Assembly: GCA_020355105.1 (NCBI GenBank)
Contig: CP070658.1
Coordinates: forward strand, 1,790,688 to 1,842,494
Origin: Candidatus Thorarchaeota archaeon
GTDB lineage: Archaea > Asgardarchaeota > Thorarchaeia > Thorarchaeales > Thorarchaeaceae
Reading direction: 5' to 3'
DNA: 51,807 bases
The notes below the pieces were generated by a model. That model was not told the DNA's origin. It did no database searches and saw nothing but the letters and a program-made list of their open reading frames with translations. Below, piece by piece: positions 1 to 9,036 of this stretch. The translations under genes and the position numbers were made by a program. Every line of letters begins with the position of its first letter. The first letter of the stretch is position 1.

Positions 1-288
1 AGCCAAATACCTCAGAAAGCCTCCGGCCGAGCTGCCGATGTCAAGAGCTAGCGTAGCTGAAGTGACAACGTTTCCTATTGAGTCATCAATCCGTTTTAGT
101 TTCATGTATCCGACAGGTGTGTCCAGTGATTCCTTTGAAACGGTCACAGATTCTGACCCCCTGATCTGTTTCGAGGGTTTTGCCAGTTCGCCGTTGACCT
201 TGACGTGACCTGCTCGAATCGCACGTTTTGCAGCTTGACGAGATGAGAAGTGACCTTGTTCTACCAACCAGATGTCAAGCCTTGACAT
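1..288 (-). CDS. TlyA/FtsJ-like RNA methyltransferase, N-terminal part (gene runs off the left edge)
   Basis: My translation of revcomp 288->1 gives MSRLDIWLVEQGHFSSRQAAKRAIRAGHVKVNGELAKPSKQI (S4-like RNA-binding motif), then LALDIGSSAGGFLRYLA (SAM-binding glycine motif). It is absent from the ORF track because it is open at the window edge. Confidence 0.6.
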   Translation of the reverse strand, partial: MSRLDIWLVEQGHFSSRQAAKRAIRAGHVKVNGELAKPSKQIRGSESVTVSKESLDTPVGYMKLKRIDDSIGNVVTSATLALDIGSSAGGFLRYLA

Positions 289-1048
289 TGTACCTCTCTC
301 CAACCTCTTCCGGGATGAACAGATGCATTGGTACCCCTTTCAGTTTTGGACCAATTGCGGCAAGAATGCCTGATGCATGAGTGCTCCTTTTACACCTTAG
401 GGAGAACTCGAAGTGGCCGAGCCTCTCTATTCTATAGATGTCCTCAGCATGGCCAGATTTTCTTAGTGCATTCTCAATGAGTTCCTTAGTGCATCCCAAG
501 ACGAGCAGCCGTTGATGGTCGTCCTTGACCCATCTGTTGATTCGCTCAAGAGTTGACTCTGCAAGCTCTCCTGTAATCTTGCGATTGGCTGAGTCCAATT
601 CTGTGATGTGTACCTCCACTGGAAGATGATCTACCAGCACCAGAGAGCTTGAGATTGTTCTCAGTGATGACTTGTGCATTGATAGCTGACTTCGAAGACT
701 GTGAAGTGGAACTAGCACATCCACCTTGGGTGGTCCCAGTATTCCAATGTCACAGTACAATCCGTACCCCACCTTTCCGACATCGACTAGTTGACCGTTG
801 AATATCGAATCGGTGGAAAGCGCGCCAAACTTAGAAACACTTCCATATCGTTGCTTCAGTACGTTGCCGACAAACTCCTCGTCCTCACCCTCAATGTCAA
901 TCGTTATGTGACCCCTCTTGTCCGTTCCGAGCTTGACAACAGATGCACTCAGCTCTCTGACTATCTCAGCGGCATCTGTTCTTACGTGCTTGAGTATTTG
1001 TCCACGATAGGATCCATATGCACTAGGGTATAGAACGAGATGCTTCAA
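275..1048 (-). CDS. Conserved archaeal protein of unknown function (possibly DUF2110-like, with an S1/OB-like GQLVDVGKVGYGLYCDIG motif)
   Basis: 257-aa ORF in tandem with tfe and overlapping the upstream gene by 14 nt. The family assignment is from memory of archaeal tfe neighbourhoods and was not searched. Confidence 0.5.
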   Translation of the reverse strand: MKHLVLYPSAYGSYRGQILKHVRTDAAEIVRELSASVVKLGTDKRGHITIDIEGEDEEFVGNVLKQRYGSVSKFGALSTDSIFNGQLVDVGKVGYGLYCDIGILGPPKVDVLVPLHSLRSQLSMHKSSLRTISSSLVLVDHLPVEVHITELDSANRKITGELAESTLERINRWVKDDHQRLLVLGCTKELIENALRKSGHAEDIYRIERLGHFEFSLRCKRSTHASGILAAIGPKLKGVPMHLFIPEEVGERYNVKA

Positions 1049-1117
1049 CAGTCTGCCTCTCGATGGATGCTGTGCTTCGCGTGCTAAGTAGGTTTCCTTA
1101 GCTAGGTTATTGCGTGC

Positions 1118-1645
1118 CTATGATGTGGAGGTGGCCGAAAGGTCAGCTTTCAGTTCTTCCACTCTCTTGCGGAGGAAACTGATAGCCTTCGTGTTGTCTA
1201 CATACTCCAACTGCTCATTGCAGTTTGGACAGCGGAATGAGAGGTTCATGGCCTCTTCAAAAGGAACCGGTGAGGAATCACGGCTTACGCAGGCATACAG
1301 GTCATTGTTGCTCTCATGCTCAAGTCTCTGTTCAAGGAGATTCAGAACCAGTCGTTTCTTGCGATTGACGAGGGCTTGTGCTTTCTTCGGGTCTATCTTC
1401 CAGTAGTATAGGAACCAACCAGTGTTGGTATCTCGGATTCTTCGGTACGAGGCCAAGTGATTGTCGTGGAGTTTGTACAGGATTCTTCGGACTATGTTCA
1501 GTTTCAGATCGGTCTTGGTGGCAATCTCCTCATCTGTGGTTTCCTCTGCATTGACAAGAACTGTTGCGATGTCCACTCCTTCTTTGCCTGCTATCTCCTC
1601 GACTACAAGGCGGAAAAGGTCATGGTTGATGTTCGCATGTACCAT
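1118..1645 (-). CDS. tfe: Transcription factor E (TFE alpha)
   Basis: N-terminal winged helix (EEIATKTDLKLNIVRRILYKLHDNHLASYRR.RD..TGW..YYW) followed by a zinc-ribbon region (CPNCNEQ). Confidence 0.9.
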   Translation of the reverse strand: MVHANINHDLFRLVVEEIAGKEGVDIATVLVNAEETTDEEIATKTDLKLNIVRRILYKLHDNHLASYRRIRDTNTGWFLYYWKIDPKKAQALVNRKKRLVLNLLEQRLEHESNNDLYACVSRDSSPVPFEEAMNLSFRCPNCNEQLEYVDNTKAISFLRKRVEELKADLSATSTS

Positions 1646-1788
1646 TTTGAAGTAATCACCTGAGCGTATCCGGAAGCTGGTCAGTCCACTGATTTATAAC
1701 GTAACCAAAAGCCCTGCATTTGAGAACTTGCACTTACTACACTATTATTACCTAAGAGAGTATATATTCACTTCGTTTGGACACTTTC

Positions 1789-2352
1789 TCAATCTGACTT
1801 CTGCGACTTCTTTCGCTTCACAACGACTCGGTCTCCCAATGTAGGTCCGCCGCGAGATACTCCTTTGCTGGTCCGAATTGGAGTAGAGCTAATTGGTTCC
1901 AGAAGTGAAATGTCAAGCTCTCTTTCTAGGCCTCTAATCGTCTTCCCAGTGGGTTTCAGTCGTCCAGCCTCTATTGATTGGAGAGTCGAAACCCGCTCAC
2001 CTACCTTCTGAGCAAGCTCCTCCTGACTTAGCTGTTTCTTCTGCCTGGCTTTCCGGATGATACTTGCATAGTCCTCGATGAGGATCATATCTTCTAAACG
2101 TGTTCCAGTTGTTGCACGAGGTTTCGGTCTGCGGGACGTGGCTCGTCGAGGAACTTGCGGAGCTGGTCTTCTAGGCTCGCCAACCCAAGAAGGGCGTACG
2201 CTGGGTGTTGGAGAGCCCCTTTGGTCCATGCCTGACGGTGCCCGTCCGAATCTCGCGGCGCATTGGGGACAGACGTTCATTCTAGCTCCTTCAATCTCGA
2301 CGTTTCGTCCGTGACCCTTCATGTTTCGGCCGCATAACTCACAGCTAGGCAC
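1789..2352 (-). CDS. mbf1: Multiprotein bridging factor 1 (MBF1) family regulator
   Basis: N-terminal zinc ribbon (CELCG...CPQC) and C-terminal Cro/C1-type HTH (IRKARQKKQLSQEELAQKVGERVSTLQSIEAGR). A long P/R-rich linker separates them. Confidence 0.85.
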   Translation of the reverse strand: MPSCELCGRNMKGHGRNVEIEGARMNVCPQCAARFGRAPSGMDQRGSPTPSVRPSWVGEPRRPAPQVPRRATSRRPKPRATTGTRLEDMILIEDYASIIRKARQKKQLSQEELAQKVGERVSTLQSIEAGRLKPTGKTIRGLERELDISLLEPISSTPIRTSKGVSRGGPTLGDRVVVKRKKSQKSD

Positions 2353-2480
2353 AAAGCATCCCTCTTCAGTGTCACTCTGAGCCGGTAGTGTTGATAAAAG
2401 TTGCCGACTGGCACAGAATCGTTGGGCCTCAAAGGAATCCTTAAATCATTAGTAGAGGATGGGGTTTCGAGGTGCAGTGA

Positions 2481-3680
2481 TTGCCAGGGACTGCTGATGC
2501 AAAGAAAGACAGCATCGATGATTCTACCTACACTGAAACCTATACTAGACATCTGGAACGTCGTCTTCGTGCACTCGAGACAGAGAAACAGATACTCCAA
2601 GCTGAACGGTCTAGACTTGAGAAGGAAACTCAGACTCTGAGAACTGAACTCGAGAAGCTGAGGCAGTCTCCGCTTATTACAGCAACAGTCATCGAGATAC
2701 TTGATGATGGAAGAGCGGTTGTGAAAAGCTCCACAGGTCCGAATTTCGTTGTGCATATCTCTTCATCCATTCCCAAAGATAAGCTGCAACCTGGCATGAG
2801 AGTTGCCCTCAATCAAAGATCCTTTGCAGTAACACAGGAATTGCCACCACCAAGAGATCCGATGATCAGAGCAATGGAGATTGAAGAGGCTCCTGATGTT
2901 TCATATGCCGACATCGGTGGCCTCAAGGAGCAGCTTCGTGAGATAAAGGAAACAGTGGAATTGCCACTCCTGAAACCTGATCTATTCGAGCAAGTTGGCA
3001 TCGAACCTCCCAAGGGCGTCTTGCTAACCGGCTTCCCAGGTACAGGAAAGACCCTGTGCGCAAGAGCTGTGGCTCATGAAACGAATGCGACTTTTATCAG
3101 GGTCATTGGTTCTGAGTTGGTTCAGAAGTTCATTGGTGAAGGAGCCAGACTTGTAAGGGAAATCTTCTTGCTTGCCAAGGAGAAGGCACCAGCTATCGTC
3201 TTTGTTGACGAGCTTGATGCGGTAGGCTCACACAGACTAGACATAGCTACCTCAGGTGACAGAGAGGTTCAGCGTACACTGATGCAACTGCTCAGTGAAC
3301 TAGACGGTTTCGAGAATCGTGGACAGGTGGCTGTCCTTGGAGCTACCAACAGACCAGATATCTTGGACCCAGCTCTTCTGAGACCAGGGCGCTTTGATCG
3401 GATAATCGACTTTCCTGTCCCTGATGAGGAGAGTCGAAAGGAGATTTTCAAGATTCATACGCGCGGAATGAATGTCGATTCTGAGCTCGACTATGATAGG
3501 CTGGTATCTGCAACGTCAGAACTAACAGGTGCTGCCATCAAGGTAATCTGTATTGAGGCAGGCATGTTTGCCATCCGCGATAACAGAACCCGTGTGGTAC
3601 AAGAGGACTTCACCAAGGCTGTTTCGAAGATTCGGGATCGAGGTAAGGGCGATGGTGCACCAAGTACCCTTTATGCCTAG
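2481..3680 (+). CDS. pan: Proteasome-activating nucleotidase (PAN, AAA+ ATPase)
   Basis: Coiled-coil N-terminus, OB region, Walker A GFPGTGKTL, Walker B IVFVDELD, and the GRFDR motif. The protein ends in LYA (HbYX-type tail). Confidence 0.95.
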   Translation: MPGTADAKKDSIDDSTYTETYTRHLERRLRALETEKQILQAERSRLEKETQTLRTELEKLRQSPLITATVIEILDDGRAVVKSSTGPNFVVHISSSIPKDKLQPGMRVALNQRSFAVTQELPPPRDPMIRAMEIEEAPDVSYADIGGLKEQLREIKETVELPLLKPDLFEQVGIEPPKGVLLTGFPGTGKTLCARAVAHETNATFIRVIGSELVQKFIGEGARLVREIFLLAKEKAPAIVFVDELDAVGSHRLDIATSGDREVQRTLMQLLSELDGFENRGQVAVLGATNRPDILDPALLRPGRFDRIIDFPVPDEESRKEIFKIHTRGMNVDSELDYDRLVSATSELTGAAIKVICIEAGMFAIRDNRTRVVQEDFTKAVSKIRDRGKGDGAPSTLYA

Positions 3681-3689
3681 TACGCCGTC

Positions 3690-3698
3690 TGTAATACA
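3690..3698. repeat. TGTAWTACA palindrome copy 1 (CTGTAATACAG)
   Basis: Lies between the pan stop and the trm5 start. Confidence 0.6.
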
Positions 3699-3721
3699 GC
3701 TATTGCGCCTCGTGAGTTGTC

Positions 3722-4549
3722 ATGAGATATAGGGAGTTCCTTAGGAGCAGACTGAAAGGTCGAATTTTGTCCGATATTCCGCTTCCCCGTGGTTTTCATC
3801 TCGTAGGACATGTTGCCCTACTACACGCTGATTCTAGGATGCATCCTTATCTGGAACTGGTGGGAGAAACCACTCTTCAGTACGACTCGCGGATTGCCTC
3901 AGTTGCAGTGAGAGTGGGAGCCACATCAGGAGTCATGAGAGTACCTAATTATACTGTCGTTGCTGGCGAGAGTCAGACAACTACAACACACATTGAGGAT
4001 GGGGTTCAGTTTAGACTAGATCCCACGCGCATAACCTTCTCAGGTGGAAACAAGACAGAAAGACTTCGCATGGGATCTGTAGTCAAACCTGGAGAGCGTG
4101 TTCTTGACATGTTCGCCTGTGTAGGTCAGTTTGCCTTGCATATGGCAAAGAACAGAGAAACAAGAGTACAGGCAATCGAGTTGAACCCAGATGCGTACGA
4201 GTTTCTTGTTTCCAGTGTTCGACTTAATGGTTTTCAAGACACAGTTGAACCAATCCTTGGTGACTGTCGAGAGTTTCATCCGGTGCGCGAGGTCAATCGA
4301 GTCGTAATGGGGTATCTACATGATACGCATCATTTCCTTCCGTACGCTTTGAAAGCACTAGTAGCTGAAGGAGGAACTGTCCACATGCATATCGCTGTGC
4401 CAGAAAGAGAGTTAGAACAACTTACCCACGCGGTCAAGGGACTGTGTTCGGAACAGCAATTCTCGCCCAGCGTTTCGATACGTCGGATTAAGATGTATGC
4501 GCCCGGCATTCAGCATTTTGTCTTTGATATCGAATTGGCAGAGCTCTAG
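3722..4549 (+). CDS. Trm5/Tyw2-family tRNA (m1G37) methyltransferase
   Basis: Contains GHVALL, F.LD.....FSGGN..ER.R and the SAM motif VLDMFACVGQFAL, typical of the Met-10+/Trm5 family. Confidence 0.85.
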   Translation: MRYREFLRSRLKGRILSDIPLPRGFHLVGHVALLHADSRMHPYLELVGETTLQYDSRIASVAVRVGATSGVMRVPNYTVVAGESQTTTTHIEDGVQFRLDPTRITFSGGNKTERLRMGSVVKPGERVLDMFACVGQFALHMAKNRETRVQAIELNPDAYEFLVSSVRLNGFQDTVEPILGDCREFHPVREVNRVVMGYLHDTHHFLPYALKALVAEGGTVHMHIAVPERELEQLTHAVKGLCSEQQFSPSVSIRRIKMYAPGIQHFVFDIELAEL

Positions 4550-4600
4550 GGAAGTAACTCACAGAGCGCAACCATTTTATCCCTGTCGCAGGGTATCAGG

Positions 4601-5026
4601 ATGGAAGAACCTCATTCAACTCGGGTGGGATTCATGAGTCGTAGACGCGGTATGTCACCAAGAGCAATTGCTCGAATGATGAAACAGATGGGAATAGAAC
4701 AGAAGGATGTTAGTGGCGTAACAGAGGTGATATTCCGCTTCGAAGACAAGGAGTGGTTAATCACCGACCCTCAGGTTGTGATGATCAAGCAGGCGGGCAG
4801 CGAATCATTCCAAGTATCAGGTACCAAATCAGAAAGGGGACTGACCACGGGAACGGATGTTTCAGAGGGAATGGACCCGGAACCTCAGAAAGAGCTTGAG
4901 ATACCCATGGAAGACGCTGCACTTGTGGCCAGTCAGACTGGTGTTGATATCGAAACTGCGAAGGAGGCACTGAGGAGTAGCGAAGGTGACTTGGCGGCCG
5001 CAATCCTGAAGCTAAGGCAGACGTAG
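4601..5026 (+). CDS. nac: Nascent polypeptide-associated complex protein (NAC domain + C-terminal UBA)
   Basis: Contains MSPRAIARMMKQMGI, a NAC beta-barrel region and the UBA-like tail DIETAKEALRSSEGDLAAAILKL. The true start may be the internal ATG at ~4634, which is preceded by GGGTGGG. Confidence 0.85.
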   Translation: MEEPHSTRVGFMSRRRGMSPRAIARMMKQMGIEQKDVSGVTEVIFRFEDKEWLITDPQVVMIKQAGSESFQVSGTKSERGLTTGTDVSEGMDPEPQKELEIPMEDAALVASQTGVDIETAKEALRSSEGDLAAAILKLRQT

Positions 5027-5035
5027 TGTAATACA
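5027..5035. repeat. TGTAWTACA palindrome copy 2
   Basis: Lies in the convergent spacer between nac and atpD. Confidence 0.6.
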
Positions 5036-5056
5036 AATAATACACGCATTCAAACA

Positions 5057-5695
5057 CTACTCTGATTCCATCCGTTCCTTTAGAAACTTGAGTCTGAAGA
5101 AGTCCTCACGCTCTCTTTCTTCCAGGGCTTGCTTCACGTATCTTGCAGTGGCATCAAGTCGGGGGATTACTATTGTTTCAAGGGCTGACACTCGCCTCTT
5201 GGTACGTTCGACTTCAATCGCAAGTCTCTTGACTGTAGAGTCGATTTCAGCAAGACGCACCACTGCGTTTAGAGCGTCCTTGAACTTGGATGCCATCACG
5301 TCAAGCTGAACACTCGAATCTGGCAAAGAGTACGGGAGTTCTGGTACGTGTTGCTCAACTGATAGAACGGGAACTAGGACACCCATCATTGACCGCGTGG
5401 AGATTCTCAAGTCTGCCAGAACTCTGCTTGCGTTGGCAAACTCCACTACTTCTGAAGGCCCCATTATCATCTTCGTCTTTGTCAACGCAGAGAATGCTTC
5501 TGACAGAGCGGTTTCAACCTTCTCGCGAGTTTCTTTCACCTCAGCAAGGACGTTGAAGAGCTCCATGATTAGAGAGTCACGCTTCTCCTTCAATAGATCA
5601 TGACCTCGTTCAGCCAGTCTCATCCGATTCTTCAATCGGAGGAGTTCCATCCTTGTTGTCTTGGTTCCTGGTAGAATCTTACTCATGTCAATCAC
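5057..5695 (-). CDS. atpD: A/V-type ATP synthase subunit D
   Basis: Contains TRMELLRLKNR..LAERGHDLLKEKRD.L and the long coiled-coil pattern typical of subunit D. No other ATP synthase genes lie nearby. Confidence 0.9.
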   Translation of the reverse strand: MIDMSKILPGTKTTRMELLRLKNRMRLAERGHDLLKEKRDSLIMELFNVLAEVKETREKVETALSEAFSALTKTKMIMGPSEVVEFANASRVLADLRISTRSMMGVLVPVLSVEQHVPELPYSLPDSSVQLDVMASKFKDALNAVVRLAEIDSTVKRLAIEVERTKRRVSALETIVIPRLDATARYVKQALEEREREDFFRLKFLKERMESE

Positions 5696-5770
5696 ACTGA
5701 AGGGCTGAATCTGAGATTCGGATGTGGAGTCGTGTCACATCATGAGTTCCTAAAACTCTTGTGATGAGCA

Positions 5771-6118
5771 TCATGCAAAAGTCACTACCAGTGCACTTAC
5801 GAGTACTATGAAAGCGCAGACAATGAGCCAGTCACGAAGATACTTGCTGACAAGCCTAGGTCGGTCATTAATCTGTCCGGTCACAATGAGTGTCATGAAG
5901 GAGATGGATAGAAAGGCAAATGGAAGAGCGACTGTCGGGCTAGTGAGTGGTGTGTCGGTGATCAAGATGATTGCGGACAGTGCACCAAAGATGAGAAAGC
6001 TGAGTATAGTCAACGAATTCAATATGTGTCGGATCCGATCAACATCCATCAGAAGCTGCTCCTTTCTTCTTGACCGGCCATTCCCGGGCTTGTCCCCTCG
6101 CTGCTGTATCCTGTTCAA
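5771..6118 (-). CDS. Small integral membrane protein (hypothetical)
   Basis: ORF with 3-4 hydrophobic segments. The start is uncertain; an internal Met lies at ~6049. Confidence 0.4.
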   Translation of the reverse strand: MNRIQQRGDKPGNGRSRRKEQLLMDVDRIRHILNSLTILSFLIFGALSAIILITDTPLTSPTVALPFAFLSISFMTLIVTGQINDRPRLVSKYLRDWLIVCAFIVLVSALVVTFA

Positions 6119-6204
6119 AAAGGTTGTGTCTCAGTGACAGACATGAATCAGCTTTGGCGAACTCACCGGACCACTTATTAGGAGTGTGAGGTCCAGCAGG
6201 CAAT

Positions 6205-6213
6205 TGTATTACA
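6205..6213. repeat. TGTAWTACA palindrome copy 3 (TTGTATTACAA)
   Basis: Lies 33 nt upstream of the P-loop ATPase start. Confidence 0.6.
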
Positions 6214-6245
6214 AGCAGTACATGTGATACCACGGGGTACACATC

Positions 6246-7220
6246 ATGACAATTGCGATTCACGAGAGTGCATTGATTCGTCACTTCAATACTCGCAAGG
6301 AAGTCTTGCGTGCATGGGAAGAACGAATCGGTGCTCGCTTCTCTCCTTTTCGCGGCTACAAGATGCCAGACTCTCGGTTGTATATTGAGTGGCCAGAGTT
6401 TCTAGATCAGCTGGTGGACTTGATTCTCACCAATGAGCGCCACATCTTTCTCAGGGGCCCGGTTGGTTCTGGGAAGAGTACGTTGATGTTGCTTGCGTTG
6501 AGAGACCTGCCGACCTTGGCAGACCGCAGGGGAAACAAGTTTGTAACTGGTTATGTTGGAATGACAGGGCTCTACGAGAAACAGATGGCCGCGGCTATTT
6601 CCGACTCTCTGAGAATCAAGTACCGGAGGTCATGGGAGTCGAGCCAGATTGTAGAAGCTGTTGCTCAAGAGTCTGTCAGAAGGTACATCCAGGAGAACTC
6701 CCGCACTGCGCTTTTTCTCGAGGATGTTGCAGACAATCAAGAGTCAGCATTCCATAAACTGCGATACTTGGCAGACCTTCCAACACAGGAGATGAAGAGT
6801 GATTATCCGGATGTGCTTGATGAACCCATTATCACATTGATAATGTCTGGAACTGCCATCTATTGGAATGCAATGCTTTCCTTCCTTCCGCAGATTGCAG
6901 ACCGAACTGAGCCCCTTGATGTTCCTCCGTTCGATGACCAGAAGGCAAAGGAGTTCATTGGGAGAAGGATTTACTATGCACAGGGACGCATAGACAGCTT
7001 CAATCCTGACAACTTCGAGATATACCCATTTGATGATGCCGCCGTTGAAATCATCAACGAAGCTGCAAAGGGTAATCCACGTGATATCCGAATGTTGTCA
7101 CGGGGATGCCAACAGGTAGCGGCAGAGAACTTCAGGCGGAGGGATAACCCAGAGGTGGATAGAGAGATTGCCAGACTAGTTTCAGAGGCATATGCTGAAT
7201 TGCTTAGAGAGGTGCGTTAG
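6246..7220 (+). CDS. P-loop NTPase of the AAA_22/ExeA/ORC-like type, function unknown
   Basis: Walker A GPVGSGKST, Walker B-like ALFLEDV, and a C-terminal GNPRDIRML motif resembling ExeA/TniB-type ATPases. Confidence 0.6.
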   Translation: MTIAIHESALIRHFNTRKEVLRAWEERIGARFSPFRGYKMPDSRLYIEWPEFLDQLVDLILTNERHIFLRGPVGSGKSTLMLLALRDLPTLADRRGNKFVTGYVGMTGLYEKQMAAAISDSLRIKYRRSWESSQIVEAVAQESVRRYIQENSRTALFLEDVADNQESAFHKLRYLADLPTQEMKSDYPDVLDEPIITLIMSGTAIYWNAMLSFLPQIADRTEPLDVPPFDDQKAKEFIGRRIYYAQGRIDSFNPDNFEIYPFDDAAVEIINEAAKGNPRDIRMLSRGCQQVAAENFRRRDNPEVDREIARLVSEAYAELLREVR

Positions 7221-7222
7221 GT

Positions 7223-7510
7223 TTGAGTGTTCTTAAGAAGTATCGAGATTCTGAAGAAGATAGGGATGCAAGACCATCTGCTGTGGAAAGACACAGAGTA
7301 TCGGAGTCCATGAGTAGACCTGTAGTGGCGGTGCCCAATAAGGAACGGAAGAGTCCAATCGTGTCGTTCTCATTTACGACTGAGCTTAGGTCCTGCCTCC
7401 AGAATGTAAGAAACGAGAAAGCGATCAATCTGAGTATGTGGGTTGAACGGAAGTTACGCCAAGCCCTGTCTGATGAATTTCCAGACATAGCTGATAAGTA
7501 CCTCGACTAG
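7223..7510 (+). CDS. Ribbon-helix-helix (CopG/Arc-like) DNA-binding protein candidate
   Basis: TTG start 2 nt after the ATPase stop. The C-terminal IVSFSFTTELRSCLQNVRNEKAINLSMWVERKLRQAL fits a strand-helix-helix pattern. Confidence 0.5.
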   Translation: MSVLKKYRDSEEDRDARPSAVERHRVSESMSRPVVAVPNKERKSPIVSFSFTTELRSCLQNVRNEKAINLSMWVERKLRQALSDEFPDIADKYLD

Positions 7511-7544
7511 TGATACCATATGCCTCGAATCTGAACTTCTCCTT

Positions 7545-7553
7545 TGTAATACA
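7545..7553. repeat. TGTAWTACA palindrome copy 4 (TTGTAATACAG)
   Basis: Lies in the convergent spacer between the RHH gene and acdA. Confidence 0.6.
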
Positions 7554-7574
7554 GATGACGTATGAGATAGATCT

Positions 7575-8975
7575 CTATGTGAGTTTACTACCTCTGCGCA
7601 TCTCCGCATACTCGGCCACACGTGCCATGCAAAGAATTGCCATAGATGGATCATCATAGCACGGAAAACGGTTCATCTCAAGCAGATCTTTTCCGGGTTT
7701 TCCAACATCTGCGGCCAGCCATACTCCAACCACTGGTTTACCCTGATTTGCGGTGCGAATGCCCTCCAGAGTTCCTGCAGCATGTTCGGTCTGTGTCATT
7801 CCTGCAAATGTTGGAACTCCACAAATGACTAACAACATGTCGATATTCGAATCCTTCAGCACTAGTTCAGTGCTGACACGATACTCTCTTCGTCCGCCGC
7901 TGGCAACTACGTCTATGGGATTCTCAGTTGATCCAATTGGGGACAGAATCTGACGAAGCTCTTGTCTAGTTTCTTCCTCAAGGGGAGGGATGTTGAAACC
8001 TAGTTCAGTGGCCGCGTCCGTTGCAAGAACTCCGGCACCGCCTGTATTACTAATAATACCTATATTACGACCTGCTGGTAGTGGCTGATAGTCAAAAAGC
8101 TTGCACACTTCGAGTAGACTATCCAGAGTTGGAGCAGTGACACAGCGTGCTTGGCGAACCATGCCATCAAATACTTTCGTTGAACCGGCGATGGATCCGG
8201 TATGTGACAGGGTGGCCTTTCCGCCGGCTTCGCTTCTCCCGCCTTTCAGCACAACAACTGGCTTCTTGCTTGCCGCATTATGAAGTGACGTGAAGAAAGC
8301 CCTGCCTTGATCAACACCCTCAACATATACTGCAATCACTGTCGTTTTCGAGTCATTGCCCAGGTAGTCGATTACTTCAGAGAACTGAACATCAGCGGCA
8401 TTCCCTAGACTCGCAAATTTGCTAATCCCGATTCTTTTAGTCCGAGTTGTGTAGATGATTATTCCGCCTAGTGCACCGCTTTGAGACACTAGGGCAATGT
8501 TGCCTCGTTCTGGCATCATGGTGAAGGTGCCATTGAATAGCCTGGTATTCGAAACACCAACACAGTTTGGCCCTATGATTCTTACACCAGCTTCTCTAGC
8601 TGCGGTCACAAGCGCCTCTTCAAGCTCGGCGCCTTCCGCACCGATTTCGCTGAAGCCACCTGATATTATCACCGCCGTCCTAGCCCCAGCATTCCGCGCT
8701 TCCGCCATTAGACCTGAGCAGTACTTGGCTGCAACGGCCACTATGACAAGATCGACGGGTTCTGGTAGACTTCCCAGATTAGGATACGCTTTGACTCCAA
8801 GTACGTGATTCCTGTTTCGTGTCACTGGATATACCTCAACCTGGGATGTCAGGAGATTCATCAGGATTGAATTGCCCAGCTTACGATAGTCGGAAGAAGC
8901 TCCGACCAAGGCTACTCGCTCGGGATTGAAGAATAGGTCAATCTCGTGGAATCTATCCACCTGCGAGTCAGTCAT
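7575..8975 (-). CDS. acdA: Acetyl-CoA synthetase (ADP-forming), alpha subunit / CoA-binding protein
   Basis: Contains FNPERVALVGAS...LG, VDLVIVAV, IISGGFSE.G, RIIGPNCVG and the phospho-His region LSHTGS. Confidence 0.85.
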   Translation of the reverse strand: MTDSQVDRFHEIDLFFNPERVALVGASSDYRKLGNSILMNLLTSQVEVYPVTRNRNHVLGVKAYPNLGSLPEPVDLVIVAVAAKYCSGLMAEARNAGARTAVIISGGFSEIGAEGAELEEALVTAAREAGVRIIGPNCVGVSNTRLFNGTFTMMPERGNIALVSQSGALGGIIIYTTRTKRIGISKFASLGNAADVQFSEVIDYLGNDSKTTVIAVYVEGVDQGRAFFTSLHNAASKKPVVVLKGGRSEAGGKATLSHTGSIAGSTKVFDGMVRQARCVTAPTLDSLLEVCKLFDYQPLPAGRNIGIISNTGGAGVLATDAATELGFNIPPLEEETRQELRQILSPIGSTENPIDVVASGGRREYRVSTELVLKDSNIDMLLVICGVPTFAGMTQTEHAAGTLEGIRTANQGKPVVGVWLAADVGKPGKDLLEMNRFPCYDDPSMAILCMARVAEYAEMRRGSKLT

Positions 8976-9036
8976 GATTCTTACGCGGCCTGTAGTTGAT
9001 TTATGTCTGTCGAGAGTCTTGGCGGGGTGCTTCGTT

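Noticed and set aside
2319-2756. Assorted antisense or overlapping ORFs of 60-145 aa (for example 2319-2756, 4785-5057, 8497-8808, 14698-15096, 19389-19778, 43165-43494, 47186-47605)
   Set aside because: Each lies opposite or inside a confidently identified conserved gene. Each has low-complexity, S/R/L-rich composition typical of shadow ORFs.
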